Shown piece after piece: positions 50,875-60,492 of a stretch of 64,000 nucleotides of DNA. Under the pieces are notes generated by a model. It made no database searches. It was not told the origin of the DNA and saw only the letters and a program-made list of their open reading frames with translations. The DNA comes from Spirochaetia bacterium (GTDB lineage: Bacteria; Spirochaetota; Spirochaetia; SZUA-6; Bin103), in contig CBDBOV010000002.1 in NCBI GenBank assembly GCA_965208575.1, forward strand, positions 160,001 to 224,000, in the 5' to 3' direction. A program made the translations under genes and the position numbers. Within the stretch, counting starts at the first letter, position 1. Each line of letters starts with the position of its first letter.

Positions 50875-53800
50875 ATGGAAAAGAAGTATGAAGTGACTGA
50901 CCGCCGACCCGGCCTGAAGGGCGTGGCGTCCGCAGGACTGGCCGCGGTCATCTGCGCAGCACTTGCGAGTTGCAGCGCCATGGCTCCGACCCACGGGCAA
51001 GGTGCCGCGGGGAACACTCCGGACCTGGAGGTGGAGGTTCGGGTCAACGACAGTGCTCCGGTTGCCGACGGGCGGTTCACGATTGCAGCGACGGTCCGGA
51101 ACGCCGGAGGTGCAGCGGCGGAGGCCACTACACTGCGCTACTACCGCTCGACGGACGCGAGGATCACGAGAGCCGACACGGAGGTCGGCACCGACGCGGT
51201 TGCGGAGATCGCCGCGTCGGAAGCCGGCGGAGAGTCGGTGGAGGTAACGGCACCGTCGAAGCCGGGTACGTATTACTACGGGGCGTGTGTGGACGCGGTG
51301 GCGAACGAGTCCAACCTGACGAACAACTGCTCGGCATCGGAGCGGATCACCGTTCGGGAACGGCAGGACGATGACGACCACCCGGACCTGGTGGTGCTGG
51401 CGGCATCGGTCAGCGACAGCGTTCCGGCTGCGGACGCCACGTTCACGCTGTCGGCCACGGTGCGAAACTCGGGTGGTGGCGTTGCCGACGCGGCGACGCT
51501 GCGCTACTACCAGTCGACGGACGCCACAATCACGATGGCGGACACCGAGGTGGCGACGGAAGCAATCACGGGGCTGGCCGGTGCGGGGAGTGCGGGTCGC
51601 TCGGTGGAACTGACAGCTCCTTCGACACCCGGTACCTACTACTACGGGGCGTGTGTCGACACGCTGGCGAACGAGTCGGACCTGACGAACAACTGCTCGA
51701 CATCGGTGCAGGTCACGGTGCCGGAGCCGCAGCACCCGGAGTTGGTGGTGACGTCGGCTTCGGTGAACGACGACGGCCCCGTCATCGGTGCGCCGCTGAC
51801 GCTGTCGGCGACGGTCAGGAACGCCGGCGGGGGAGCGTCGGAGCCGACGGAGCTGCGCTACTACCGATCGCCGGATGCGACGATCTCGCCGACGGACACG
51901 CACCTCGGGACGGAGGAGATCTCGGAACTTGCCGGTGAGGGAAGCGCGGGCAAGTCGCTGGACCTGACCGCGCCGGCGACGCCGGGGACGCACTACTACG
52001 GGGCGTGCGTGCAGGCGGTGACCGGCGAGTCCGACACCACGAACAACTGCTCGCCATCGGTGGCGGTCACGGCGCGGGCCCAAGCGCGCGCGCCGCAGGG
52101 GGATCCCGACCTGGTGGTGACGTCGCCTTCCGTGAGCGACAGCGGTCCCGCCGCGGGGGCATCGTTCACGCTGTCGGCGACGGCCAGGAACGACGGTGAC
52201 GGAGCGGCGGCGGGGACGACGCTGCGCTTCTACCGGTCGACGGATGCGACCATCACGACGGCGGACTCATCGGTAGGGACGGCGTCGATCGCGGGGCTGG
52301 CCGCGTCCGGGAGCGCCGGAGGGTCGGTGGACCTGACGGCGCCCGCGACGCCGGGGACGTACTACTACGGAGCATGCGTGGACGCGGTGACGGGTGAGTC
52401 GGACACGACGAACAACTGCTCGTCGTCGGTGACGGTGACGGTACCGGCGCCGAAGCGCCCGGACCTGGCGGTGACATCGCCTTCCGTGAGCGACAGCAGT
52501 CCTGCGCCCGGGGGATCTGTCACGCTGTCGGCGACGGTGAGCAACAGCGGCAATGGAGCCGCCGCGGCGACGACGTTGCGCTACTACCGGTCGACGGACG
52601 CGACGATCACGACGGCGGACACTCCGGCGGGGACGAGCGCGATCGCGGGGCTTGCCGCATCCGGGAGCGTCGGAGGGTCGGTGGATCTGACGGCGCCGGC
52701 GACGGCGGGGACGTACTACTACGGAGCGTGCGTGGACGCGGTGACGGGTGAGTCGGACACGACGAACAACTGCTCGTCTTCGGTAACGGTGACCGTGACG
52801 GCGCCGTATCCCGACTTGGAGGTGGCGCTGACGGTGAACGCCGCGACCCAGCACCCGGGAAGGACGTTCAACCTGTCGGCGACGGTGAGCAACACGGGTG
52901 ACGGGGCGTCCCCGTCGACGACGCTACGGTACTACCAGTCCACGGACGCGACCATCACGACCTCCGACACGTCGGTGGGCACGGATGCGGTTGGGACGCT
53001 TGCCGCTTCGGGGACCAGCGCCGAGTCGATTTCGCTGACGGCGCCGTCTTTGTTGGGCACGTACTACTACGGGGCGTGCGTGGACACCGTGACCGGCGAG
53101 TCGGATACGACGAACAACTGCTCGTCGGCGGTGCAGGTGAACGTCCAGGCGTGGAAGCCGGACCTGCTCATGTCGAATCTGAGGGTAGACTTGACGGACC
53201 CGGTGACGGGGGAGACGTTCACGCTGTCGGCGGACGTGTTGAACGGCAGCCGCGCAGCATCGGCTGCTACGACGCTGCGCTACTACCGGTCGGCGGACTC
53301 GACCATCACGACGTCCGACACCGAGGTGGGGACGGACGCGGTGGACGCGCTGTCGGCGTATGGGAGCAGCGCTGAGTCGATCTCGCTGACCGCACCGGCG
53401 ACGACCGGCGCGTACTACTACGGTGCGTGCGTGGACGCGGTGGCGGGCGAATCCGACACGACCAACAACTGCTCGGTGTCGGTGAAGGTGGACGTCGTGG
53501 CCCAGCAAAGGCGGGTGGATATTTCGCCGCGCACGCTGACGTTCGAGGCGGTGGGCGACTCCGAGACGGTGACCGTCCGGATCCTGGACGAGAACGGCGA
53601 CGAGGACGCCGACGCGTCATACGTTTGGATCAGCATCTCTGGCCCCGGGGGACCGTGTTGCACGCTCAAGAAGGTGAAGGGCGGTCTGGAGGTCACGATG
53701 ACCCAGGCCGCGAGGCCCATGCAAGTTAGCTTGTCCTCGACCGGCGCAAAGTCGGCCACGCTGCAGGTGACCGCCTACCAGAAGGCGACGACGCTGGAAA

Positions 53801-54078
53801 TATCACCGAGCTCGGTGACCCTGGCGGTCGATGGGACCGACACGCTGAGTGCTACGGTCAAGGACCCGAACGGACACGCGATAGAAGGACTCACGGTCTA
53901 CTGGACGACGAGCGATTCGGACGTGGCAACCGTCGAAGGTGCGGACGACGGGGGTGAAACGGGTGCCACCGCCACGGTCACGGCGGCCGCAACCGGGACG
54001 GCCACGATCACCGCTCGCCACGCGGTCGAGATCAGGGGTACCGCCGCGGTGACGGTGACGAGCAGCAACGAGCAATAA
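50875..54078 (+). CDS. large surface lipoprotein with 7 CARDB-like repeats and C-terminal Ig-like (Big_2) domains
   Basis: Lipobox LASC; seven ~120-aa repeats P(D/E)L..TLSATV.N.G..LRYY.S.D.TI..GTYYYGACVD...ES..TNNCS; tail WTTSDSDVATV..GTATITA. Confidence 0.85.
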   Translation: MEKKYEVTDRRPGLKGVASAGLAAVICAALASCSAMAPTHGQGAAGNTPDLEVEVRVNDSAPVADGRFTIAATVRNAGGAAAEATTLRYYRSTDARITRADTEVGTDAVAEIAASEAGGESVEVTAPSKPGTYYYGACVDAVANESNLTNNCSASERITVRERQDDDDHPDLVVLAASVSDSVPAADATFTLSATVRNSGGGVADAATLRYYQSTDATITMADTEVATEAITGLAGAGSAGRSVELTAPSTPGTYYYGACVDTLANESDLTNNCSTSVQVTVPEPQHPELVVTSASVNDDGPVIGAPLTLSATVRNAGGGASEPTELRYYRSPDATISPTDTHLGTEEISELAGEGSAGKSLDLTAPATPGTHYYGACVQAVTGESDTTNNCSPSVAVTARAQARAPQGDPDLVVTSPSVSDSGPAAGASFTLSATARNDGDGAAAGTTLRFYRSTDATITTADSSVGTASIAGLAASGSAGGSVDLTAPATPGTYYYGACVDAVTGESDTTNNCSSSVTVTVPAPKRPDLAVTSPSVSDSSPAPGGSVTLSATVSNSGNGAAAATTLRYYRSTDATITTADTPAGTSAIAGLAASGSVGGSVDLTAPATAGTYYYGACVDAVTGESDTTNNCSSSVTVTVTAPYPDLEVALTVNAATQHPGRTFNLSATVSNTGDGASPSTTLRYYQSTDATITTSDTSVGTDAVGTLAASGTSAESISLTAPSLLGTYYYGACVDTVTGESDTTNNCSSAVQVNVQAWKPDLLMSNLRVDLTDPVTGETFTLSADVLNGSRAASAATTLRYYRSADSTITTSDTEVGTDAVDALSAYGSSAESISLTAPATTGAYYYGACVDAVAGESDTTNNCSVSVKVDVVAQQRRVDISPRTLTFEAVGDSETVTVRILDENGDEDADASYVWISISGPGGPCCTLKKVKGGLEVTMTQAARPMQVSLSSTGAKSATLQVTAYQKATTLEISPSSVTLAVDGTDTLSATVKDPNGHAIEGLTVYWTTSDSDVATVEGADDGGETGATATVTAAATGTATITARHAVEIRGTAAVTVTSSNEQ

Positions 54079-54117
54079 CAACACGGGCATACCCGCTACG
54101 TATCCTCGACAACCTGC

Positions 54118-54247
54118 GCGCAGAATCGCCAGGACCTCCGCGAGGGTAAGGAATCGAGGTGGGTCCATTCATTCGGCGAGGCGTCTCAGCGTCGGCGCGA
54201 ACGCCCGGTTGATACGCTCCAGGGAGGTGCGGAACTCATCCTCGGAA
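54118..54247 (-). pseudogene. duplicated fragment of the antitoxin-doc junction
   Basis: Near-identical to ~43152-43281 (antitoxin 3' end plus doc 5' end). Confidence 0.85.
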
Positions 54248-54376
54248 TGCGACATCGTGGTATATCGTGGTCAGTTCACGCTTCCTCCAGGACAGATCGC
54301 GGTTCAGATAGTCGGTCAGTTCCTGCTCGCGGTCACTGTTGGAGGTGACGGAGCGCGTCTTCAGGATGCGCTTCAA
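54248..54376 (-). pseudogene. N-terminal remnant of a MAE_28990-like HEPN protein
   Basis: ELTDYLNRDLSWRKRELTTI resembles that family's start; truncated by the doc fragment. Confidence 0.5.
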
Positions 54377-55725
54377 TGGCGCTTCGGTAGCTCCTTTTTC
54401 CACGCTTCTTCCGCCGACCTCTGATCCTTGGTGGTGTACACTTGGCGCAACGATCGACCGGGATCGAGCCAATCGCGGATGCACAAGACGTACAGTTTTG
54501 CCACTCTCTCGAACGCTCGGGAAGAAAGGTGGATTTCGTCGTACCAGTCGGCATCACTGTTTGCCAGTCCCCGGCAATCGATGTGCGCGACAGGGCCGAT
54601 CCTACCTGACCTCGCAATTGACGCCAGGACTTCATTGAACTCCATGATCATCGCGTATGTCGCGTCCTTCTTCTGGTGCTCCGACAGCTCCTTCTTTTCG
54701 AATGGTACCCACAGCCACTTTCCCGGCTTCGTCAACCGGTTTACGAGTCGCTGCGCGGAAACACGTCGTGCCGTTGACTTCGGTCTTGGTACAGCGTAGT
54801 CATAGCCCTGGCTTACAATCAGCATCTCCTTGAAGCGTTGTGATTTGCGGAGATTGAGCAGGAACAGAAAGTACTGAACCGACACTACGTTCAGGAATTG
54901 AAAAAATTCGTCAGACAGGACTCGTAGACCATTCATGAGTCGTTTTCCATCGAAAAAGTGTGGATCGCAGCGATACTGGCACATGCGCTTCTCAAAAAGC
55001 TTTGCCCGGACGGTGCAAGCGTCGAGGCTCTTCAGGGTTCTCCTGCGGTGGACGACCATGTTGCCGGCACGTCCTTCCCCGAGCAGGTCGTTGCCGCCAC
55101 CGCTGAACAGGAAGACATCCGGCTCCAGTTGCGAAAGAGCATCGACGTACTGCCGCGAATGAAGCATGTTGGAAAGCCAGTCTCCACCCGCCGCAATGCT
55201 CTCCACACAGACATCCCTTCGAGTAATGAGATGATTCAGTATGTCTCGTAGAAGGTCTATCCTCATTCTCCGAAGGCCGACGCTCGGGAACTGAAACCAG
55301 GAGTCACCCTCGGCGAGAACAACGACTCGCTTTCGACACTCCTGGTCTCGCAACAACCTGCGAAGGCGTCTTGTACGATTGGCTTGCTCACCTGCGTTGA
55401 AGCGGCCAAGCAAGCCGCTGAAGGCGCTGGATCGATTGGGTATGGCGTCCAGATCGAAGATGCTCCGAAATGCGTGCTTACCTGATTTCGGTTGGTCGTT
55501 CAGCGCCGCGAGGAGAGCCGCGAATATGGTCGTGGCGTCCAGAGTGCGCTCTCGCCACGCGTAGCCGGTACCGTCCGGCTTAATCCTGTCGAAGATTTCC
55601 GAGTCTCCGTCCTTCAGCTCATCGAGGTTCACGTCGAAGTAATACCACTCAAGAAACCGCACCTTGTTGCGAAGAACCGCGGCAGCACGGCGGGCAAGCT
55701 CGATTCCCGGCAATTTGGATGCCAT
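54373..55725 (-). CDS. SGNH/GDSL-like hydrolase
   Basis: AEGDSWF, SGGGNDLL, GYDY, DEIHL; lower GC. Confidence 0.7.
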   Translation of the reverse strand: MASKLPGIELARRAAAVLRNKVRFLEWYYFDVNLDELKDGDSEIFDRIKPDGTGYAWRERTLDATTIFAALLAALNDQPKSGKHAFRSIFDLDAIPNRSSAFSGLLGRFNAGEQANRTRRLRRLLRDQECRKRVVVLAEGDSWFQFPSVGLRRMRIDLLRDILNHLITRRDVCVESIAAGGDWLSNMLHSRQYVDALSQLEPDVFLFSGGGNDLLGEGRAGNMVVHRRRTLKSLDACTVRAKLFEKRMCQYRCDPHFFDGKRLMNGLRVLSDEFFQFLNVVSVQYFLFLLNLRKSQRFKEMLIVSQGYDYAVPRPKSTARRVSAQRLVNRLTKPGKWLWVPFEKKELSEHQKKDATYAMIMEFNEVLASIARSGRIGPVAHIDCRGLANSDADWYDEIHLSSRAFERVAKLYVLCIRDWLDPGRSLRQVYTTKDQRSAEEAWKKELPKRH

Positions 55726-55902
55726 GAGATGATCCCCTTCGCGAGTCGCTCACCCGCCGGGCAGTCGGTCATCGAGACTAACGCCGCACGAATACCGGAG
55801 TCGCGCCGAGATTGGTCCGCGTCGTCGTGTGCTCCTCTACCGTCGCAGAGCCCCTTGCGGACTGCGGGTGATTTCGAATTGTACCATGTGACCAGGATCC
55901 GG

Positions 55903-57330
55903 TCAGCGTTCGCGGGCGGAGAGGAACAGGTCGTAGGAGTTGGCCTGCCAGGCGTTTTCGGACGCCAGGCCGTCTCCCGTGGCGCGCATGCGGGTAACGA
56001 GGCGCTCCTTCATGCGGCGCAGGACGTGGCCGAAGGCTACCATGCCGGCCAGGTTGTGCAGTTCGCCGGGGTCGGAGCGCAGGTCGTAGAGTTCGTCCTC
56101 GGTGGCGGGGTTGTAGACGTACTTCCAGTCGGCGGTGCGGATCATGCGCGTGCTGTACAGGGTGGTCTCGTAGCCGTGGAACTCGGCGAACACGTCGTCG
56201 GGCCAGTCAGCGGGGGTGGTTCCGGCGAGCAGCGGCGCAAGGGAGCGTCCGTCGGCGCCGGCGAGCGGCTCGGCCGCGGCCAGTTCCAGCAGCGTGGGGG
56301 CGAGGTCGACCAGGCTGGCGAACGCATCGGTGGCAGTGCCGCGTTCGACGCCGGGGCCGGAGAGCAGCAGCGGCACGCGATGGGTCTCCTCGTACATGTG
56401 GAAGCCCTTGTTGAACAGCCGGTGGCTGCCGAGCATGTCGCCGTGATCGGCGGTCACCACCACGATGGTGTCGTCGCGCCGTCCGGAGCGTTCCAGTGCT
56501 TCGAGCACGCGGCCCACCTGGTAGTCGACGAAGCTGCAGTAGCCCCAGTAGGCGGCGATCACGCGCTGCCAGTCGGGCCAGGTGAGGTGGGCGGCGTTCC
56601 AGCGCAGCAGCTCCTTCTGCTGGATGAGCGGCTTGCCTGCGAAGCGCTCGTCGAAGTTGTCCGGGCGCGGGACGTCGGCGGGGTCGTACCGGGTGTCCCA
56701 CGGCGCCGGCACCGAGTAGGGGAAGTGCGGCCCGAAGAAGGAGGCGAACACCAGGAAGGGAGCGTCGCCGCCGCCGAGCGTGTCCACCATCTCGATGGCG
56801 CGGTCCGCCGTCCATGCCTCCTGGGTCTGCCCGGCGGCCAGCGTGTTGCGCCCGGCGAACGGCGCCGACCCGCCCCATTCCAGGCGCTGCACCTCGTCGC
56901 GGGCGAAGTCGTAGCCGCGCTCGGCCAGCGGGCCGGACCACTCGGCGGGCGTGTGCCAGCGGTGAATGCCCCACAGCGCGCCGTCGCCCTCGCGCGGCAG
57001 GTGCCACTTGCCGGCGTAGCCGATCCGGTAGCCGGCGGCGGCGAGCCGTGACAGCAGCGTGGGCTGACCGATGAGCCGGTCGTCGAACACGCCGTTGAAG
57101 TTGCCCATGTTGGAGAGTTGCAGGTGGTTGTGCGGATAGCGCCCGGTCAGCAGCGAGGCGCGCGCCGGCGTGCACAGCGCGATCGGCGTAAAGGCGCCGG
57201 TGAAGCGCACCCCGGCCGCGCCCACCGCGTCCATCGCCGGCGTCCGGCACACCGCGGCGCCGTTACAGCTCAGCGCGTCGTAACGAAGCTGGTCGGCCAG
57301 CAGGATAAGGATGTTCGGCGGTCTCGGCAT
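55903..57330 (-). CDS. sulfatase (Cys-type)
   Basis: PNILILLADQLR, CTPARAS, GKWHL, ADHGDMLGSH. Confidence 0.92.
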   Translation of the reverse strand: MPRPPNILILLADQLRYDALSCNGAAVCRTPAMDAVGAAGVRFTGAFTPIALCTPARASLLTGRYPHNHLQLSNMGNFNGVFDDRLIGQPTLLSRLAAAGYRIGYAGKWHLPREGDGALWGIHRWHTPAEWSGPLAERGYDFARDEVQRLEWGGSAPFAGRNTLAAGQTQEAWTADRAIEMVDTLGGGDAPFLVFASFFGPHFPYSVPAPWDTRYDPADVPRPDNFDERFAGKPLIQQKELLRWNAAHLTWPDWQRVIAAYWGYCSFVDYQVGRVLEALERSGRRDDTIVVVTADHGDMLGSHRLFNKGFHMYEETHRVPLLLSGPGVERGTATDAFASLVDLAPTLLELAAAEPLAGADGRSLAPLLAGTTPADWPDDVFAEFHGYETTLYSTRMIRTADWKYVYNPATEDELYDLRSDPGELHNLAGMVAFGHVLRRMKERLVTRMRATGDGLASENAWQANSYDLFLSARER

Positions 57331-57399
57331 CGGTGGTCACTGATACCACGGCCGCCGGCCCGCGTCGACAGCCGCGCGGGTCCGCGGCGCGGGTGGGCA

Positions 57400-60300
57400 T
57401 TGCGGCAGCACCGACGACGCCGCGAACCTTGCGAGCCGATGGCGCGGCACCCCCCGACCGCCGGTGGCGACACCCGGCTGCATGCGGGCGGCGACACATC
57501 CCCGGCTGCGGTACGGGCGGTGGTGTGCCGTTGCGGGCAGCGAAGCGGCGGCGGGCTTGAACCGGCGGCGTGCCATGCGGCAACGCCGCAGGGCACGCGA
57601 GCGCGCCGCCGCGCACAGGCAGGGGGTGCGAACGCTGAACGCGGTAGCCTGATGCGAAGAAACCGGACGGCGGGCAGTGCTTGGGTATCGGGCTCATGGC
57701 GCCGTGGCTGGCGCTGCGGCCGGGGCTGCGGCCGCCTCGCGGAACCCGACGCCTGAAGGGGCTGGAGCGGACCTCGCCGAGAGGGTGGAGCAGAGGCAGG
57801 GCTGTCTTCGATGTCGCGGCGTGACCGTACAGACTCCGACCGAGCGTGGACACCGTGCGAGGCAGCCCTGCCGTACCGGCCGTACCGGCAGATCGCGGAC
57901 GAGGAGAGAATCGCAAAAAAAGTTGCGCGTACCACTTGACGCGATTTTCGGGGCGCGTAGCCGCTTGCTGTGCCCCGCGGCGGCCCCTCCGACTGTCCGA
58001 GAACGACTTGGCCTCCACGGGTACGACAGCGCCCTGCTGAGCGGCCTTCCGGGCGACGTTTCACCGCCATCGAGGACTCGGACAAATCGGCTATTTTGAA
58101 TCCCATGGTATACTTACGACATGGATGCCGTGACCTCCCCCGCCCTCTTGTCCACCGTTGCCGCGCTCCCCGATTACCTCTTGTTGGCGCAGACTCGGCA
58201 GCTCGCCCGCCACGAGCAGGCGCTGCAGATCCTGGTGCTCGACCACCTGCGCGAGATCGAGGTGCGCCGCCTGCACCTGACCCGCGGGTACGGCAGCCTG
58301 TTTGACTACGTGGTGCACGAACTGAACTACACTGCGGCCGCCGCCTGGCGGCGCATCAAGGCGATGCGGCTGTGCAGCCAGACCAACGGGGCGCGCGAAC
58401 TGCTACAGGACGGCTCGCTGAACCTGAGCAACGCGGCACAGGTGCAGAACCTGTTCGAGCGCAGCGACCGCAGCCGGGGCCGCCCGCCGGTAAGTACCGG
58501 AGCAGGTGGCGCCCTGGGCGGTGCGCCACGGAGTGACGGCGCACCGGGGGAGCCGGGACCGTCTGCGCCGATGCGCGGCGGCGAGCGCGATCCGGCGCAA
58601 CCAGCAGCCGGGCCGGCACCGGCAGCCGGGCCGGTGCTGGACTCCGCGGCGCGGGAGGAGCTGGTCAAGCGGGCGGCGGGCAAGAGCACGCGCGAAGTGC
58701 AGCAGATGCTGGCGGAGGTGGATCCCGAGCTGGCGCGGCCGAGCGACCGGATGCGCGCGCTCGGAGGCGGGCGCTGGGAGTTGAAGGCGGCGGTCGACGC
58801 GGACTGCCGGCATGGGCTGGAGAAGCTGCAGATGTTGCTGTCGCACACGGATCCGCACCTGACGCTGGGCGTGCTGGTGGCGCGGCTGGTGCGCGACGGC
58901 CTGGACCGCTACGACCCGGCGCGGCCACCGAGGCCGCGGCGTACGGCCGGTCGCGGCTCGACTGACGGCGCGGGACCGGTGAGCACGCCGGTGCGGCGCG
59001 CTACGGACTCGGAGGCGCGGAACGTGGTGCGCGCGAGCGAGAGCAATGTCGAACGGCAGAACGAAGTCGAACGGGATGACACGTCGCGGACCGCCGATCG
59101 GGTTGGCACTCCCCGTTCTTTCGCGGAGCGGGGAGTCGCGCACTGCGCCGATTCGGCGGCGCATCGGTCGGATGCCGCGCACGGCAGCGCTGCGCTCGTG
59201 GCGGCAGCGGGGAGCGGCGCGTACGCCACGTCGGCGGCGCATCGCCAAGCGGAAGCCGAGCCCGGTCGCGCGGTGCGGGTTGGCGGCGGGCGCACCGATT
59301 CGGCGGCGGGGCGGCACACGGAAGCCGAGCGCGTGTCCGCGGCAGTGCGGGGAAGTGTCCGCGGCACCGCATCGGGGGCGAAGCGACACTCGGAGGACGA
59401 GCACGGAAGCGATTCGCTCATGGGGGTACCGACCAGCGGCGGGCACTCCACTTCGTCGGTGAAGCGCGATTCGGGCACCGAGCACGGCAGCGCGTCACCG
59501 GCGGCGGCACTACCGGTCGGCGGCGGGCACACCGATTCGTCGGCGAAGTGCCGGGCCGAGGCCGAACTCGGTCGCGCGGCGCGTCCGGTGACGCGGAACG
59601 GCGACGGTCGGTCGGTGTCGGCGGCGAAACAGCGTGCGGAGGAAGCGCGCGGCGGCGCGAAGTCGGCGGCGGGCCGGGACTCTGTCCGCCGTTCCGACTC
59701 GGCGCCGAAGCGAGTCACGCAGGACGAGGGCGGGCACACCGAGGAAGCGGAGCGCATTCCTGCCGACGCGGCTTCGGCGCCGGGGCGCGGTCGCGAGAGG
59801 GAGCACGGATGCGGGCAACCGACGGCGATCCGCGGCAGCGGCGTTCGGGCTGCTTCGCCGGCGAAGCGGCGGGGGCGAGCAGACGGCGGTGGCCGGGACG
59901 CGGGGGTGGGCGGTGTTCTGGACGGCGCAGCGTGCGCCGCCGGACCGGGGTTCGACGCCGACCGGTGCAGCGCGGCGCGGGCAGCGGGGCGGGGCGACCG
60001 CGGGTGTCCGACTTCGGCGGCGAAGCGGCTTGCGCACGCCGCCGGGCATGGCGCGATGGGGAGGGGGGAGCGTTCGCCGGCAGTGGAGCGGCACCTGGCC
60101 GCGTTGCGTGGCGTCGGCGCGGTGCCGGGCTCGCGGTCACGGTACATTCCGGCGGTCGTGCGGCGCGAGGTGTGGCGGCGCGACCAGGGTTGTTGCAGCT
60201 ATGTCGACCCGCACAGCGGCCGGCGCTGCGGCTCCCGCTATCGGCTGGAGATCGACCACATCGTGCCGTTCGCGCTCGGCGGCACTGCCGAGCTTTCCAA

Positions 60301-60492
60301 CTTGCGCGTGCGCTGCCGTGCTCACCACAGGTTGCGCCACGCTCAGCGCCATGCTGGCCCCGAGAGTGTGCCGACCGAAGCCCGGCGTGCTCCGGGCTTC
60401 GCGGTCGACCCCAAGGAACGCGGGCGAACCGTCGGTTCGCATGCGGCAATCGAACGGGCCGGGGCGTGACCGCGCCATCTGGCAGCCTGCGC
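57400..60492 (+). mobile_element. HNH element copy C (apparently complete)
   Basis: Extent defined by homology with copies A and B: ~720 bp non-coding 5' region, ORF, 3' end ..GGCAGCCTGCGC. Confidence 0.65.
58121..60469 (+). CDS. HNH endonuclease with helical N-terminal domain and repetitive linker
   Basis: N-terminal HLREIE.RRL..GYGSLFDY..AWRRIKAMRL; C-terminal RREVWRRDQGCC..CGS..LEIDHIVP..GG..NLRVRCRAHH. Confidence 0.85.
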   Translation: MDAVTSPALLSTVAALPDYLLLAQTRQLARHEQALQILVLDHLREIEVRRLHLTRGYGSLFDYVVHELNYTAAAAWRRIKAMRLCSQTNGARELLQDGSLNLSNAAQVQNLFERSDRSRGRPPVSTGAGGALGGAPRSDGAPGEPGPSAPMRGGERDPAQPAAGPAPAAGPVLDSAAREELVKRAAGKSTREVQQMLAEVDPELARPSDRMRALGGGRWELKAAVDADCRHGLEKLQMLLSHTDPHLTLGVLVARLVRDGLDRYDPARPPRPRRTAGRGSTDGAGPVSTPVRRATDSEARNVVRASESNVERQNEVERDDTSRTADRVGTPRSFAERGVAHCADSAAHRSDAAHGSAALVAAAGSGAYATSAAHRQAEAEPGRAVRVGGGRTDSAAGRHTEAERVSAAVRGSVRGTASGAKRHSEDEHGSDSLMGVPTSGGHSTSSVKRDSGTEHGSASPAAALPVGGGHTDSSAKCRAEAELGRAARPVTRNGDGRSVSAAKQRAEEARGGAKSAAGRDSVRRSDSAPKRVTQDEGGHTEEAERIPADAASAPGRGREREHGCGQPTAIRGSGVRAASPAKRRGRADGGGRDAGVGGVLDGAACAAGPGFDADRCSAARAAGRGDRGCPTSAAKRLAHAAGHGAMGRGERSPAVERHLAALRGVGAVPGSRSRYIPAVVRREVWRRDQGCCSYVDPHSGRRCGSRYRLEIDHIVPFALGGTAELSNLRVRCRAHHRLRHAQRHAGPESVPTEARRAPGFAVDPKERGRTVGSHAAIERAGA

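Noticed and set aside
51020-53500. Diversity-generating retroelement TR/VR among the CARDB repeats
   Set aside because: No reverse transcriptase in the window and no evident adenine-specific mismatch pattern.
58121-60469. IscB/Cas9-like identity for the HNH protein
   Set aside because: No PLMP or split RuvC motifs seen; the HNH domain is near the C-terminus.
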